A stretch of DNA of 64,000 bases from an uncultured virus (IMG/VR IMGVR_UViG_3300035680_001736) (lineage: Duplodnaviria; Heunggongvirae; Uroviricota; Caudoviricetes), in the IMG/VR virus record IMGVR_UViG_3300035680_001736; one strand, given 5' to 3'. Positions 46,048 to 56,494 of the stretch are shown piece after piece. The notes beneath the pieces are model-generated. The model had not been told where the DNA came from, did no database searches, and saw only the letters and a list, made by a program, of their open reading frames with translations. The position numbers were made by a program, and so were the translations under genes. The stretch's first letter is position 1; every line of letters begins with the position of its first letter.

Positions 46048-46702
46048 CTTGTTTCAATCTTTTTTTACATTTATCACAAAAATCCATAGTTACCTCGGCG
46101 TCATTATTAATGGCCATCAAACATTTTGGGTTATTACAGTGAACAAGACCTAACGTATGACCAACTTCGTGTAAAACCGTAGTTTCATCGTAATCAGTAT
46201 GTTCCACAATCACAGTATTACAACGTAAGAACGTACCCCCACGAATTTGTTGACCTTTATTAACAACGTTTTCATTGGTCACATAAATTGTTTTAACTCC
46301 GTGACGATTAAGTTCAAATATACATTGGGAAACATCTAAGTTATTTCCATTGTAATACATCTTACTTGTCGTTGGAACTCCTTCCTCAACTATACATCGA
46401 TAACCAAAAAACTTGTTAACATATTCCGCAACTTTGTTAACATCCTTTTGGTTGTAATTACCCAATCCTTTAATTCGGACCGCAGATTCAACTTTAGGTT
46501 GGACTTCGTCTAATTCTTTTTCTTTAAGAATTTTTACATAATGCTGAGACAAAGTGTCGTCTATGTCAGGCATTTTTTCGAGTTTTCGACCAAGACTTTC
46601 AAGTTCAGGAATTCCACTTTCGGACCATGGAACGACTTTAGTTGGTTCGTTGTTACAAGAAAATAAAGAAATAATTGTGAGGGTTATAAGTATGTGTTTC
46701 AT
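46031..46702 (-). CDS. Archaemetzincin-like (M54) Zn metalloprotease lipoprotein
   Basis: LFSC lipobox; HEVGHTLGLVHCNNPKCLM...FCDKC. Confidence 0.88.
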   Translation of the reverse strand: MKHILITLTIISLFSCNNEPTKVVPWSESGIPELESLGRKLEKMPDIDDTLSQHYVKILKEKELDEVQPKVESAVRIKGLGNYNQKDVNKVAEYVNKFFGYRCIVEEGVPTTSKMYYNGNNLDVSQCIFELNRHGVKTIYVTNENVVNKGQQIRGGTFLRCNTVIVEHTDYDETTVLHEVGHTLGLVHCNNPKCLMAINNDAEVTMDFCDKCKKRLKQDENIQ

Positions 46703-46768
46703 GGTACAAATATACGGTAACTTTTTTGATTTTACAAAATTTACTTATCAACATTGTCTTCAATCTTT

Positions 46769-47149
46769 TTAATATAAAACCTCATAAATTATACATACGT
46801 CATCATATTCAACCATAACAATGTCCCCACCTTTATAGTAAAGATAAACCTTGCATCTTTTCCTATCTTCGTCAACCGCATACCAATAAGAACCATTACC
46901 ATCTTCGGTAAAATATTCAGGTTTAAGTGTCTGATAGAATTGAATATCTTCGGTGTATATTGTAATTTCCTGAGCGTCAAATTTGACAAGAATATCACCC
47001 GACAATTTTTTCGTTTCTCCCCACGTAAATTTGGAATAAGCATCATCTCTAACACCAATTGTTAGACTGACGGCCCTTGCCCAAACTTGTGAGAATGAGA
47101 TGATTGTCAAAAGTGATAGGACTAAAGTTAGGATTAGTTTTTTCATCAT
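46769..47149 (-). CDS. Hypothetical secreted protein
   Basis: Signal peptide. Confidence 0.8.
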   Translation of the reverse strand: MMKKLILTLVLSLLTIISFSQVWARAVSLTIGVRDDAYSKFTWGETKKLSGDILVKFDAQEITIYTEDIQFYQTLKPEYFTEDGNGSYWYAVDEDRKRCKVYLYYKGGDIVMVEYDDVCIIYEVLY

Positions 47150-47159
47150 AAAAAATTAG

Positions 47160-47233
47160 TACTCCCGAAGGGATTCGAACCCCTGGCCCACAGATTAGAA
47201 ATCTGTTGCTCTATCCAACTGAGCTACGGGAGC
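47160..47233 (-). tRNA. tRNA-Arg(TCT)
   Basis: Canonical cloverleaf; loop TTTCTAA. Confidence 0.95.
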
Positions 47234-47340
47234 ATTTGTTGTTTGTGATTACAAATATAGGTAGAATTTTCGAATTGACAAATAAATTATTTTTTTACAG
47301 GTTATTTTTTATGTGACTAAAATTTCGTATATTTGAATGG

Positions 47341-47832
47341 ATGGAGAAAGTTTTAGTTCTAAACTCAGATTTTACCCCCATTAATGTGACATCCGTTTAT
47401 AAGGGGTTCAATTTGGTAAATAAAGGTAAGGCTGAGATATTAAAATCTCACGAAAAACCTATACTTGCTGGTTTACAAACATTTGTTAGACCTCTTATTA
47501 TACGTCTTTTCAATTATGTCAAATTCAGATACCACAAATTAAAAATTAATCGTCATAGACTTTTTAGACGAGATGACTATCAATGTGTTTATTGTGGTAG
47601 TAAAAAAAATTTAACGGTTGACCATGTCATTCCTAAATCACGAGGTGGGGACAATACTTGGTTAAATCTTGTTACTTGTTGTTCGTCATGTAACCGTACA
47701 AAAGATAATTGTACACCTGAGGAAGCGGGTATGAAGTTTTTAAAAAAACCATACGAACCAACAATATTTTCAGATGTTGTTAACCCTCAGGTTGAGTTTG
47801 TGTGGGAGGAGTTCAGAAAATCCTTCATATAA
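47341..47832 (+). CDS. HNH endonuclease
   Basis: RDDYQCVYCG..LTVDHVIPKSRGG...NLVTCCSSCN. Confidence 0.93.
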   Translation: MEKVLVLNSDFTPINVTSVYKGFNLVNKGKAEILKSHEKPILAGLQTFVRPLIIRLFNYVKFRYHKLKINRHRLFRRDDYQCVYCGSKKNLTVDHVIPKSRGGDNTWLNLVTCCSSCNRTKDNCTPEEAGMKFLKKPYEPTIFSDVVNPQVEFVWEEFRKSFI

Positions 47833-47929
47833 AACAAAAAGGTGTCTCTCGACACCTTTTTGTTAGATTTGGAATACCCCCTTTCTTTTAGTGGTTTATC
47901 CCATTGCAGAAACTACTCTGCTAGGTTTC

Positions 47930-49612
47930 TTAAGAAAAAACTTTGTCCTTTAAACCTTGTTCTGTATCGGTAAATTTTTGTCTAACATCAGATAACATAG
48001 GACAAATTGAATTTGCTAATTTTTCTTCAACCGATTGGGCAAAATCACCCTTTTCAATCATATCAACTAAAGTGTTTGAAAGAATATCATAGAAACCTCC
48101 AGATACTCCAACACCTAATCTAACTTGGTTAACGGCTTCTTCAGCGATTGATTTTGACAATAATTTTGTTGTAAAACTACAATCGGTAAATACTTTAGGA
48201 ATATCACTTAATGCCAAGTTACCAATAGTTGTTGATACTACACCTCCAACCCAGCTATCAGGATTTACTCCCAAAATTGATAGGACCTTATCAACCAATT
48301 TTTCCTTAAAGAACTGACTCACACCTTCAGTTGAATGTCCTAAAACTCCACCTAAAAAGTCAAATAAACCTTCATTTAATATCGGAGAATTAAAACCTTG
48401 TGAACGAAGGTACATAACTTCCTCGAATAATTCTGAACCTACCTTTTTTTGGTTCTCAACTGAATCTAAATTTATGTCTTCAGTTATGAATTTAATTCTA
48501 TTTTTAATTATTTTGGTCTCGTTCTCGTTAACTTTTTTTTTTGACCCTTTATAATTCTTAAGCCCTTCTTTAATTGATTTTTTTAAATCAATCTCGTAAC
48601 TATCAATGACTTCTTTTTGTTCGATACTTTCATTTTTTCCCTTAACCGGCATACATACTTTTAATTCGTTTAATTTGTATCCTGCCGGACATCTCAAACT
48701 ATAAGAATTTCTATAAGGGTTCAAACCATATAATTCCTCATATTTACTCTTGGCAAACATTGGAATCTTATCTTGAGCTGCACATCTTCTAACATAAATC
48801 TTCATGTTATTCTTCATAGTATCTTCCATCGCCTTATTTTGAGACATGTGAGTATATAAAGATTGAATATATTGTCTACATAAAGATTTTTCAACATCTT
48901 GACTTTGACTATCAATTTCAACTTGTTTAATGTCTTCGTCCGCAAGTTTTGTATCTTGGACTCTCTGATACATGAAAAATGGTGTTGAAAAATATTCTGA
49001 GTATTTACCATCTTCAGCGGTTCTTAAATTAATTGAGTTCCAAAATAAACTTTCGGTTGCAGGCGGTCTTTCAATTTGGTAACCTCTATCTTTATATGAT
49101 TGTATAATTTGGTCTTGTTGTGGTTTATCAATATTAATTTCACCTTTTTGTTTATAAACCATCGCAACTCCGACTTTAGGGAATAAAGTTGGGTTTTTAG
49201 AATTTAAATCTATAACTTCATATTTTCCTTGATTTGTTTCATAATCAGATGGTTTTTCTCTAACAACACCTTCATACTTAACCAAATCTTCAATGTATTT
49301 TTGTTGGTCAGGAGTAAATTGTTCCATTGGTGCTTCAACACCAACTGTTTGTTCTAATGCCTGACATTTCCATTTTCCAGTTTTAGAAGGTTTATCTGTA
49401 TCTTTGAACTTAACTTCTGCGGTCATATCCGCATAGAAGATAACGGTATTTCCTTTATCGTTTGTGCCATACCAAACTTTTTTACCTTTATAGTTACCTA
49501 ATCTTCCATTTTTTAACCATTTAGGATAACATCCATTTTCGGCAGCGGTTTTTAGTTTTGTTCTGTCATCCATGACAGCGGCTTGTTCCGTTATAATATT
49601 TCTTTTTTTCAT
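47930..49612 (-). CDS. Hypothetical protein (probably virion-associated)
   Basis: 560-aa ORF with ITE/VNE/LNE sites. Confidence 0.85.
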   Translation of the reverse strand: MKKRNIITEQAAVMDDRTKLKTAAENGCYPKWLKNGRLGNYKGKKVWYGTNDKGNTVIFYADMTAEVKFKDTDKPSKTGKWKCQALEQTVGVEAPMEQFTPDQQKYIEDLVKYEGVVREKPSDYETNQGKYEVIDLNSKNPTLFPKVGVAMVYKQKGEINIDKPQQDQIIQSYKDRGYQIERPPATESLFWNSINLRTAEDGKYSEYFSTPFFMYQRVQDTKLADEDIKQVEIDSQSQDVEKSLCRQYIQSLYTHMSQNKAMEDTMKNNMKIYVRRCAAQDKIPMFAKSKYEELYGLNPYRNSYSLRCPAGYKLNELKVCMPVKGKNESIEQKEVIDSYEIDLKKSIKEGLKNYKGSKKKVNENETKIIKNRIKFITEDINLDSVENQKKVGSELFEEVMYLRSQGFNSPILNEGLFDFLGGVLGHSTEGVSQFFKEKLVDKVLSILGVNPDSWVGGVVSTTIGNLALSDIPKVFTDCSFTTKLLSKSIAEEAVNQVRLGVGVSGGFYDILSNTLVDMIEKGDFAQSVEEKLANSICPMLSDVRQKFTDTEQGLKDKVFS

Positions 49613-49625
49613 TCGGTTAAATTTT

Positions 49626-50579
49626 TTAAATATTCAATGAATCAATGTCATCTTCATCAGGTGTCGGTAAATCCATATCAGGTTCAGGCATTGTTTGAGT
49701 CTGACAAATTTTATCTACATCAGAATCTTTAAACCCTGAGCCAAATCCTGCCCCTTCTAAAGCTGCTTGTGTTTTAGGTCCATATTTACCATCCGGTACC
49801 AAATCTAAACATGTTTGAATTTGTTTGATAGCGTCTGAATAACATCCTTGAGTGTAAGTACCTTCACACGCCTTATATTTACCAACAGAAGGTACGGGAA
49901 CTACTTCTCCGCCTCCTGTAGTGTCTCCACCGTCAGTAGTTGTACTTGCCGATAATTTAGTTTCATCAATAACTTTAGTTCTTTTCATAACTTGTTTGAG
50001 AGGTGTATATATATATTCTTGCCAATCCCCTGGTAAATCAAAATCACCATCCAACGCATCTACTAAAGTTTCATTATAATTATCTAAATAAATTTCAGAC
50101 ATCCTACAAAAATCAGGAAATGTATCACAAGATGAAATAGCGTTTTTGATAGCTTCCTCGTCAGTTCCAAGACCTTCTATTGCGGTATATATTTGATTTA
50201 CAATTCCTTCTAATTCACTATCACTTTGTGAAGGGGAACCAACACCACCAGATGTACAAGTTTTAATAATTTTTATTGTATTATCGGCAGAACCAGTGTT
50301 ATTTGAGAGTGCTAGAACTATTCCAATGGTGGCCCCTACTGCGGCTCCAATCGCAGTACCTAATCCAGGTACGAATGAACCTGCGGTAGCTCCCGCTCCC
50401 ATTGCTGTCGCTACAGCCCCTAAACCAACGGCGGTACCGGCTCCTGCAAGTCCCGCCCCTGTTAAATATCCTGTATCTACTTCATTTATATTTTCAGTTA
50501 ATGTCTTTTTACTATCGTATTTCATCATAAGAAGGGCTCTTTTTAATTCCTCTTCTCCTATTTTTCTCTTATTATCCAT
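49626..50579 (-). CDS. Protein with Gly-zipper TM segment, annexin-like repeat and peptidoglycan-binding-like C-terminus
   Basis: AIEGLGTDEEAI...Y...L.DALDGD; IKQIQTCL.LVPDGKYGPKTQAAL. Confidence 0.7.
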   Translation of the reverse strand: MDNKRKIGEEELKRALLMMKYDSKKTLTENINEVDTGYLTGAGLAGAGTAVGLGAVATAMGAGATAGSFVPGLGTAIGAAVGATIGIVLALSNNTGSADNTIKIIKTCTSGGVGSPSQSDSELEGIVNQIYTAIEGLGTDEEAIKNAISSCDTFPDFCRMSEIYLDNYNETLVDALDGDFDLPGDWQEYIYTPLKQVMKRTKVIDETKLSASTTTDGGDTTGGGEVVPVPSVGKYKACEGTYTQGCYSDAIKQIQTCLDLVPDGKYGPKTQAALEGAGFGSGFKDSDVDKICQTQTMPEPDMDLPTPDEDDIDSLNI

Positions 50580-50619
50580 AATTTAGTTTTTTAATAAATA
50601 TATCTTAGTTATATTAAAT

Positions 50620-50868
50620 TCATAATAAAGTATTAGCTTTACCTCTTGTTAATTTAACAATTTCACTCCACTTCGTAAGACCTATTTGATTAGCGGGTCC
50701 TGTTCTTGCAACACCACTTTCCCATTTTGTGACTGTGGGATATGCGGGTTTTGCTCCTCCACCTCCAGAGGCAGGAGCTGCTGCGTCCTGTTCTCCCATT
50801 TCTTCTTTATCTGATGACGGAGTAAACGATTTCATCAGAGAAATGATTGAATCAATGTCGTTTTTCAT
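50620..50868 (-). CDS. Hypothetical protein
   Basis: 82-aa ORF with two KW...RG(P/K)AN-like units. Confidence 0.8.
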   Translation of the reverse strand: MKNDIDSIISLMKSFTPSSDKEEMGEQDAAAPASGGGGAKPAYPTVTKWESGVARTGPANQIGLTKWSEIVKLTRGKANTLL

Positions 50869-50924
50869 ATAAAATAAATATTTTGTTATTCAAAAATTTC
50901 CTATATTTGTAAAATATTACTATT

Positions 50925-51431
50925 ATGAGAAACATATTTTTGATTTTTATATTATCAAGTGTATTAGTATCTTGTTATAGATACGAAGAACCTTCATTGG
51001 TTAGTCTAAGTGGTGAATACATCATCGATAAAATAGTTGTTAATATTACTGAGGGTCCTAACACTGGGTCTGATACTACATACCTGCCTGGTGATGTTTT
51101 TGTAAACGAAACCGATAGTTTTCCTCTCAATTACATACATGTTGGTTATACCAAATGGCATTTTGACTATAGTGTGGTTTCTTTTTTACCTTATGTTAAT
51201 CCTGTGGGTCAATTAGAATGGTCCGAACAATATTTTTATAGTTTGGTGCCAGCATATAATCAATATGACTTGGGTTATATTGATATTAATTTGATGGAAC
51301 GAAAATTGGTTCTAAAAGTTGTGGACGATTCCGCAGAAAGTTTAACATTCAGAACCACAGGTCAATGGGTGTTTCCAAATATTTGGCAACAATCATCAAT
51401 GACAATACATATGACAAGGGTTGGACCTTAA
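50925..51431 (+). CDS. Hypothetical lipoprotein
   Basis: LVSC lipobox. Confidence 0.8.
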   Translation: MRNIFLIFILSSVLVSCYRYEEPSLVSLSGEYIIDKIVVNITEGPNTGSDTTYLPGDVFVNETDSFPLNYIHVGYTKWHFDYSVVSFLPYVNPVGQLEWSEQYFYSLVPAYNQYDLGYIDINLMERKLVLKVVDDSAESLTFRTTGQWVFPNIWQQSSMTIHMTRVGP

Positions 51432-51766
51432 TAAATTTCAGATTTTGGTAATCTAGAATTATAAATCAGATAGTATTCATTTAAGAATGAGACAATCTCG
51501 TGTTCATCGATTTCTGAGTCAGAAAATATATCTTCAAAAATATCTGAATCAAACTCTTCTTCATCTTCGAAAGACTCATCTTCAAAAAGAGTTTTATATA
51601 CATCTATTTTGTCGTCCAAAAAGTTATACCCAAAACCTTTAATTTCATCAAACCCAATTTGGTCGGTTCTTACTTCATCATCTCTATCTGAATCTAATCT
51701 AAACGTAACATCTAGTGTGTGAGTAGATTCATTCACATAAAATGAAACTAAATCTTTGATTTCCAT
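51428..51766 (-). CDS. Hypothetical acidic protein
   Basis: Start probably MEIKDL at 51766. Confidence 0.75.
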   Translation of the reverse strand: MEIKDLVSFYVNESTHTLDVTFRLDSDRDDEVRTDQIGFDEIKGFGYNFLDDKIDVYKTLFEDESFEDEEEFDSDIFEDIFSDSEIDEHEIVSFLNEYYLIYNSRLPKSEIY

Positions 51767-51770
51767 AAAT

Positions 51771-52322
51771 TTATAAATTCTTAAATCTCTTGAACATATC
51801 AAGAGTTTTATTAATCTGTTCTTGTAGTGGCTCGATTTTTTCTTCTTCAATTTCTTCAAACATTGAGGTTATATCAATCTCATCAAAATCATCTTTATCA
51901 TTATCTACAAACATTTCCATTTTACCTTCGGGACTTACCAACATCTCCGTTTCATCATCCTCAAATGTTCCATGGTCTAAATCATCAGAACCGTCTCCAA
52001 TCATATCTAATTGTTCACCTACACTAACCATGAATTCTTCATCTTCAAATGTTTCATCAGGGCCACCAAAATCGAAAGTTCGTTCGGGGGTTCCCATCGA
52101 ACCGGTAAAAACATCTTCATTAATATTCATATTTGTGTATCCCTTAACATTACCTTTATTACTTACAGTAATTCCGTTTTTGTCATTGGCAAAATCTTGA
52201 GTATATAATGGTTGTTCTTTTGGTTGACCATATTGTGTTGCAAACCCATCATAAATTGTTTTATGTTGGTCAAGAATATTATTTTTCTCGGCTTGGGTCA
52301 TTTTGAAAAAATATGAATTCAT
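51771..52322 (-). CDS. Hypothetical acidic protein
   Basis: 183-aa ORF; TATTTAT upstream. Confidence 0.8.
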   Translation of the reverse strand: MNSYFFKMTQAEKNNILDQHKTIYDGFATQYGQPKEQPLYTQDFANDKNGITVSNKGNVKGYTNMNINEDVFTGSMGTPERTFDFGGPDETFEDEEFMVSVGEQLDMIGDGSDDLDHGTFEDDETEMLVSPEGKMEMFVDNDKDDFDEIDITSMFEEIEEEKIEPLQEQINKTLDMFKRFKNL

Positions 52323-52382
52323 AGTTTTGTTTTTCTAAATAAATATATTGATTGATGGGAAATTATTTTTTATATTTCGAAT

Positions 52383-52880
52383 ATGAAAACTCCAAAAAAA
52401 TTCAATATTTCTGTTTTTAAAGATAATCGAGGTTCATTTACGCCAATTCAAATTGAAGACCGTTGGGTTCAATCAAATTTAAGTATTAATGATAACCCAT
52501 TTACTTGGAGAGGACTTCACTTTCAAACAGAACCAAGAAAACAATCCAAATATGTTTCAGTAATAAAAGGACGAATAGTTGATATTATAGTATGTTTAAA
52601 AGGTGAAAATATAGGTGAAGTTGAAGTGTATGAATTAAAAGAAGGTGAAGGCGTATTTGTTCCTAAAGGATATGCTCACGGGTTCTTAACTTTGGAGTCA
52701 GGAACTATCGTTAGTTATTTTGTTGATGAGATTTATTCAAAGGAACATGAGGTATCGATTCATTGGATGAGTATACCTGGAGTTAGAAAAAGAATTGAGT
52801 CACTACTTGGTAGTCACCAATTAATTATTAGTGACAAAGATGATACTGCTATAGATTTTAACGAATATATTAAAAAATGA
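52383..52880 (+). CDS. rmlC: dTDP-4-dehydrorhamnose 3,5-epimerase
   Basis: DNRGSF, RGLHFQ, VPKGYAHGFLTL. Confidence 0.9.
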   Translation: MKTPKKFNISVFKDNRGSFTPIQIEDRWVQSNLSINDNPFTWRGLHFQTEPRKQSKYVSVIKGRIVDIIVCLKGENIGEVEVYELKEGEGVFVPKGYAHGFLTLESGTIVSYFVDEIYSKEHEVSIHWMSIPGVRKRIESLLGSHQLIISDKDDTAIDFNEYIKK

Positions 52881-53182
52881 CAATAGATATTAACGAATAC
52901 GCCGAAGGTGCGGTAATACTTTCAGATTTAGATACCGCTATTATTGGTATTGTTGAAGATTTTAACGGAAGAAGAATTTTATATTCAAAAGAAAAAATTT
53001 TGAATATTTTAATGGTCAGAGATGGTATGACTATGGATGAAGCCGAAGAATATTATGATTATAATATTTTGGGACTTTATGCCGGAGACCAAAATCCCGT
53101 TTTTTTGGATTTAAATATAACCCCTATTCCTGATAATGATAAAATAATTTATTACTCAGAATATATGCATGTAAACATCTAA
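52877..53182 (+). CDS. Hypothetical phage protein
   Basis: DTAIIG...EAEEYYDYNILGLYAG. Confidence 0.8.
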   Translation: MTIDINEYAEGAVILSDLDTAIIGIVEDFNGRRILYSKEKILNILMVRDGMTMDEAEEYYDYNILGLYAGDQNPVFLDLNITPIPDNDKIIYYSEYMHVNI

Positions 53183-53758
53183 AACTTTTTGAGAGTATCT
53201 TTGGAGATATCTGTTAATTTTATTTAACTCAACCTCTTTTCCTTCGCTTTCTAAAACCTTAATAACCCCTGATACCATTTCATGTTGTGCCATGTTTGCC
53301 ATATCCAAAACTTCTTCACAAATATCACTTTCAATATCCTGATAACGAAACATATGTTCCATTCGGTCTCTTCCCATGTAAAGAAAATGAGCCGCGGTAA
53401 ACATATTTACGGCACCACACTCTCTAACTTTTTTTAAATACTCTTGTAAGTACCTCATTTTAAAATTGGTAAACACATCCATATTGCCATACAAGGCATT
53501 ATGTCTTTCAATTTCACCCTGCTCAGTTATTTTTTTCTTTTTGAATTTACCTCTATTTTCTTCGGTGTCCCAAACATCGGAGGTTGATAAAATGTTTAAA
53601 GTTTTACCATTATCCCATTTAACACCATAAATGTCTTCGTCCATTACATTAGAAACTCTTTCTACTATTCCCCATGTTCCCATAGGAATTATATCCATCT
53701 CATCCTCCATATGTAATATCTGGACCCTATCTCCGACCTTTAATTTTGGATTTATCAT
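53156..53758 (-). CDS. DUF4314-like SH3-fold domain protein
   Basis: GDRVQILHMED...GT.G.V...VKWDNG..L. Confidence 0.7.
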   Translation of the reverse strand: MINPKLKVGDRVQILHMEDEMDIIPMGTWGIVERVSNVMDEDIYGVKWDNGKTLNILSTSDVWDTEENRGKFKKKKITEQGEIERHNALYGNMDVFTNFKMRYLQEYLKKVRECGAVNMFTAAHFLYMGRDRMEHMFRYQDIESDICEEVLDMANMAQHEMVSGVIKVLESEGKEVELNKINRYLQRYSQKVLDVYMHIF

Positions 53759-53802
53759 ATTTTGACTTTAACAATAAATATATTTCAAGTATTTATTATT
53801 GT

Positions 53803-54432
53803 ATGAAATTAACTGTAGTAATAAACGAAAGTCAAAAAAAAGTTTTAATCACTGAATCAATCGTTGATGAATTGATTGGTGTTTTAAAAACTAACTACGA
53901 AACTGTTAAAAATATTATTGAGGAAACCTCTAAGGAATTTGGGGGTCATTTTAATATTTTGATATCGTGGGGGGCGACTATTGGTGGTTTAATTGAGCCA
54001 TTATCAAGATTTATACGTGGTAACTATTCAGGGCTATCTGACACAGAGTTGAGTATAGTATTACTTGGGGTTATTGCAATATACTTCCAAGACAATAAAT
54101 CAAAAGTTAAAGAAGTTCTTAATGTTATTAAAGAAAAAGGTTTAGAAGAACCATTCAAAATGGCATTATATAAAAGTCAGGAATTTAAAACCGCTTTTAT
54201 GGATTTCATGGGAAGTTTAAATTTACATTTATATAAAGTGACAAACTTGATGTCATATGCGTTTTTAGCCCCGATTTTATTCTATTTGGCCCAATACGCC
54301 ACAAGTGGTGAAATTGATAGTTCTACTGTTAAGGAAATTTCAGATAGATTGTTAACTTCAGGACTACTAACTGTATCATCAATAGGTCTTAGAAATTCAA
54401 TTAGTAAAATAATTAAGAGATTTTCTTCTTAG
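53803..54432 (+). CDS. Hypothetical membrane-associated protein
   Basis: Start MKLTVVINESQ after TATTTAT. Confidence 0.8.
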   Translation: MKLTVVINESQKKVLITESIVDELIGVLKTNYETVKNIIEETSKEFGGHFNILISWGATIGGLIEPLSRFIRGNYSGLSDTELSIVLLGVIAIYFQDNKSKVKEVLNVIKEKGLEEPFKMALYKSQEFKTAFMDFMGSLNLHLYKVTNLMSYAFLAPILFYLAQYATSGEIDSSTVKEISDRLLTSGLLTVSSIGLRNSISKIIKRFSS

Positions 54433-55423
54433 GATAGTTCATAATAGCGGATTTTATCTTTGCAACGTCCTTATCAGATAACCTAAATCTTTTTGCATTA
54501 TTTTCAAACCAATCATCAACAACATCAATCATAGGTAATCCCATAATCTTCGATTTTCTTTTGAGTCCTCTATATTGAGCCTCAATTTCATCTGGTTGTA
54601 AAAAATATCCAACATTTGACCCTTTATAATCGGTAATATCGAGTCTACCTTCAACATCCTGTCTCAAATGTTGTAGTTCGTGTGCAATATCGTCATTAAG
54701 ATTTCCAACTATAGAATGTAATGATTTTTGTAGTCTCTCAGGTACATACTGAATTAAAATTTGTAATTGTTGCCCCTCAGACACATAACCTGACTGTATT
54801 AAAAAGTCAGCACCTGATTTAATCTCTTCAAAATCAACCTGTCTAACATCCAAAAAAACGTCAAACTCAGGAAAATTCATTATCTCATAACTTTCTTGAC
54901 CATTTAAGTCATAAGGTAACATAATTTCATCAGTTTTACCTGATTTTAAAACCGTTACAATATCTCTAATTACAGTTCTAACTGCCAAAGTGGGTACTTT
55001 TTGTTCCCTTAAATCCCTTACAAGTTCATCCTCGTCAATATCATAATCAAAAACAAATTCATCAATAACAACATTTTCATAATTTTCTGTGTCGAAGAAT
55101 TGGAGTACCGAAGATAAGTAATTTTGAACTCCACGTTTGAACGTCCACATATTTCTATCTAAATGACGTAATATATCTTCCTTTTCTACTTTTTTAAGTT
55201 GTAAAAGAACAAGTCTACTAACTCTATCTTTGATATCGGTAATAGTTATTTTTACCCTCATGTATGGGTATGGCTCACCAACTCTTATCATATTTCTATA
55301 ACCCAATAACTCAATCTTGAAATTAATATTACCGTTTAAATTTTGTATAAGTTCCCCGGTATAATTGAAAGTATTATCTTTTAATAGACCATTAATCCTA
55401 TCTATCGCTTTTTCACTTAACAT
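54413..55423 (-). CDS. Hypothetical protein with HExxH zincin-like motif
   Basis: AHELQHLRQ...YFLQPDEIEA. Confidence 0.75.
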   Translation of the reverse strand: MLSEKAIDRINGLLKDNTFNYTGELIQNLNGNINFKIELLGYRNMIRVGEPYPYMRVKITITDIKDRVSRLVLLQLKKVEKEDILRHLDRNMWTFKRGVQNYLSSVLQFFDTENYENVVIDEFVFDYDIDEDELVRDLREQKVPTLAVRTVIRDIVTVLKSGKTDEIMLPYDLNGQESYEIMNFPEFDVFLDVRQVDFEEIKSGADFLIQSGYVSEGQQLQILIQYVPERLQKSLHSIVGNLNDDIAHELQHLRQDVEGRLDITDYKGSNVGYFLQPDEIEAQYRGLKRKSKIMGLPMIDVVDDWFENNAKRFRLSDKDVAKIKSAIMNYPKKKIS

Positions 55424-55486
55424 ATCAATAAATACTCTTTGACCGATAATAATTTTTCACTTATATTTTAGTGTTAAACAAATAAT

Positions 55487-56494
55487 ATGGATAAAAAGTT
55501 CGATTTCAAAGATATCACATTGGTTCCTGAAACCATATCATCAATTTCGTCTCGTAGTGAAATTGATATTTTGACTGATTCGCGTCATTTACCCCTTATG
55601 GTATCACCAATGGATACTGTCATTGATTATACAAGTTCTATCGATTTTTGGCAAGAAAACATGGTTCTATGTTACCCAAGAGGTTTGGAACCAACTTATA
55701 CAGGTTTCAAATCAATATCATTAGATGAATTTGAGAAATTGGTAAATACCAAGTGTTCGGTACTACCAAAAATACTGGTTGATATTGCCAACGGTCATAT
55801 GGAAAAACTATACAATTTATCCAAAAAGTTTATGGAACAATACCCATATGGTGAATTAATGATTGGAAATATTGCCAACCCAAAAACATATGAAAAATTT
55901 GCCGAGATTGGTGTTAAGTATGTTCGTGTTGGTATTGGTGGTGGTAGTGGTTGTTTAACATCGGCAAATACTGGTGTCCATTACCCAATGGCGTCTTTAA
56001 TTAAGGAATGTTTTGAAATTAAAAAACAGTGGGGGTATAATTCTAAAATTGTTGCAGATGGAGGCTTCAGAAATTACGATGACATTATTAAAGCTCTCGC
56101 TTTGGGTGCTGACTATGTAATGTTAGGAGGTATGTTGAATAAAACTTTGGAGTCATGTTCAGACACTCTGTTGTTTGGTAAGTTTAAATTATCCAAAGAA
56201 CGAGCAATTAAAATTTGGGAAAAGTATCCGTTTATGAGAAAGTATTTCTACAAAAAGTTTAGAGGTATGAGTACAAAAGAAGTTCAGAAAAAATGGGGCC
56301 GAGGTAAAATTAAAACATCCGAAGGTGTCCATCGGATGAATAAAGTCGAATACACATTAACGGGTTGGACTGAAAACTTTAAGGATTATTTGAGGTCGGC
56401 AATGTCTTATACCAATTCAAAAAATCTTGAGTCATTCAAATACTCTGATTTTGTGTTCATAACAGAAAACGCCCGTAAAAGATACGATAAGTAA
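55487..56494 (+). CDS. GMP reductase / IMPDH-family oxidoreductase
   Basis: SPMDTV, DIANGH, GIGGGSGCLT, ADGG, FRGMS. Confidence 0.9.
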   Translation: MDKKFDFKDITLVPETISSISSRSEIDILTDSRHLPLMVSPMDTVIDYTSSIDFWQENMVLCYPRGLEPTYTGFKSISLDEFEKLVNTKCSVLPKILVDIANGHMEKLYNLSKKFMEQYPYGELMIGNIANPKTYEKFAEIGVKYVRVGIGGGSGCLTSANTGVHYPMASLIKECFEIKKQWGYNSKIVADGGFRNYDDIIKALALGADYVMLGGMLNKTLESCSDTLLFGKFKLSKERAIKIWEKYPFMRKYFYKKFRGMSTKEVQKKWGRGKIKTSEGVHRMNKVEYTLTGWTENFKDYLRSAMSYTNSKNLESFKYSDFVFITENARKRYDK

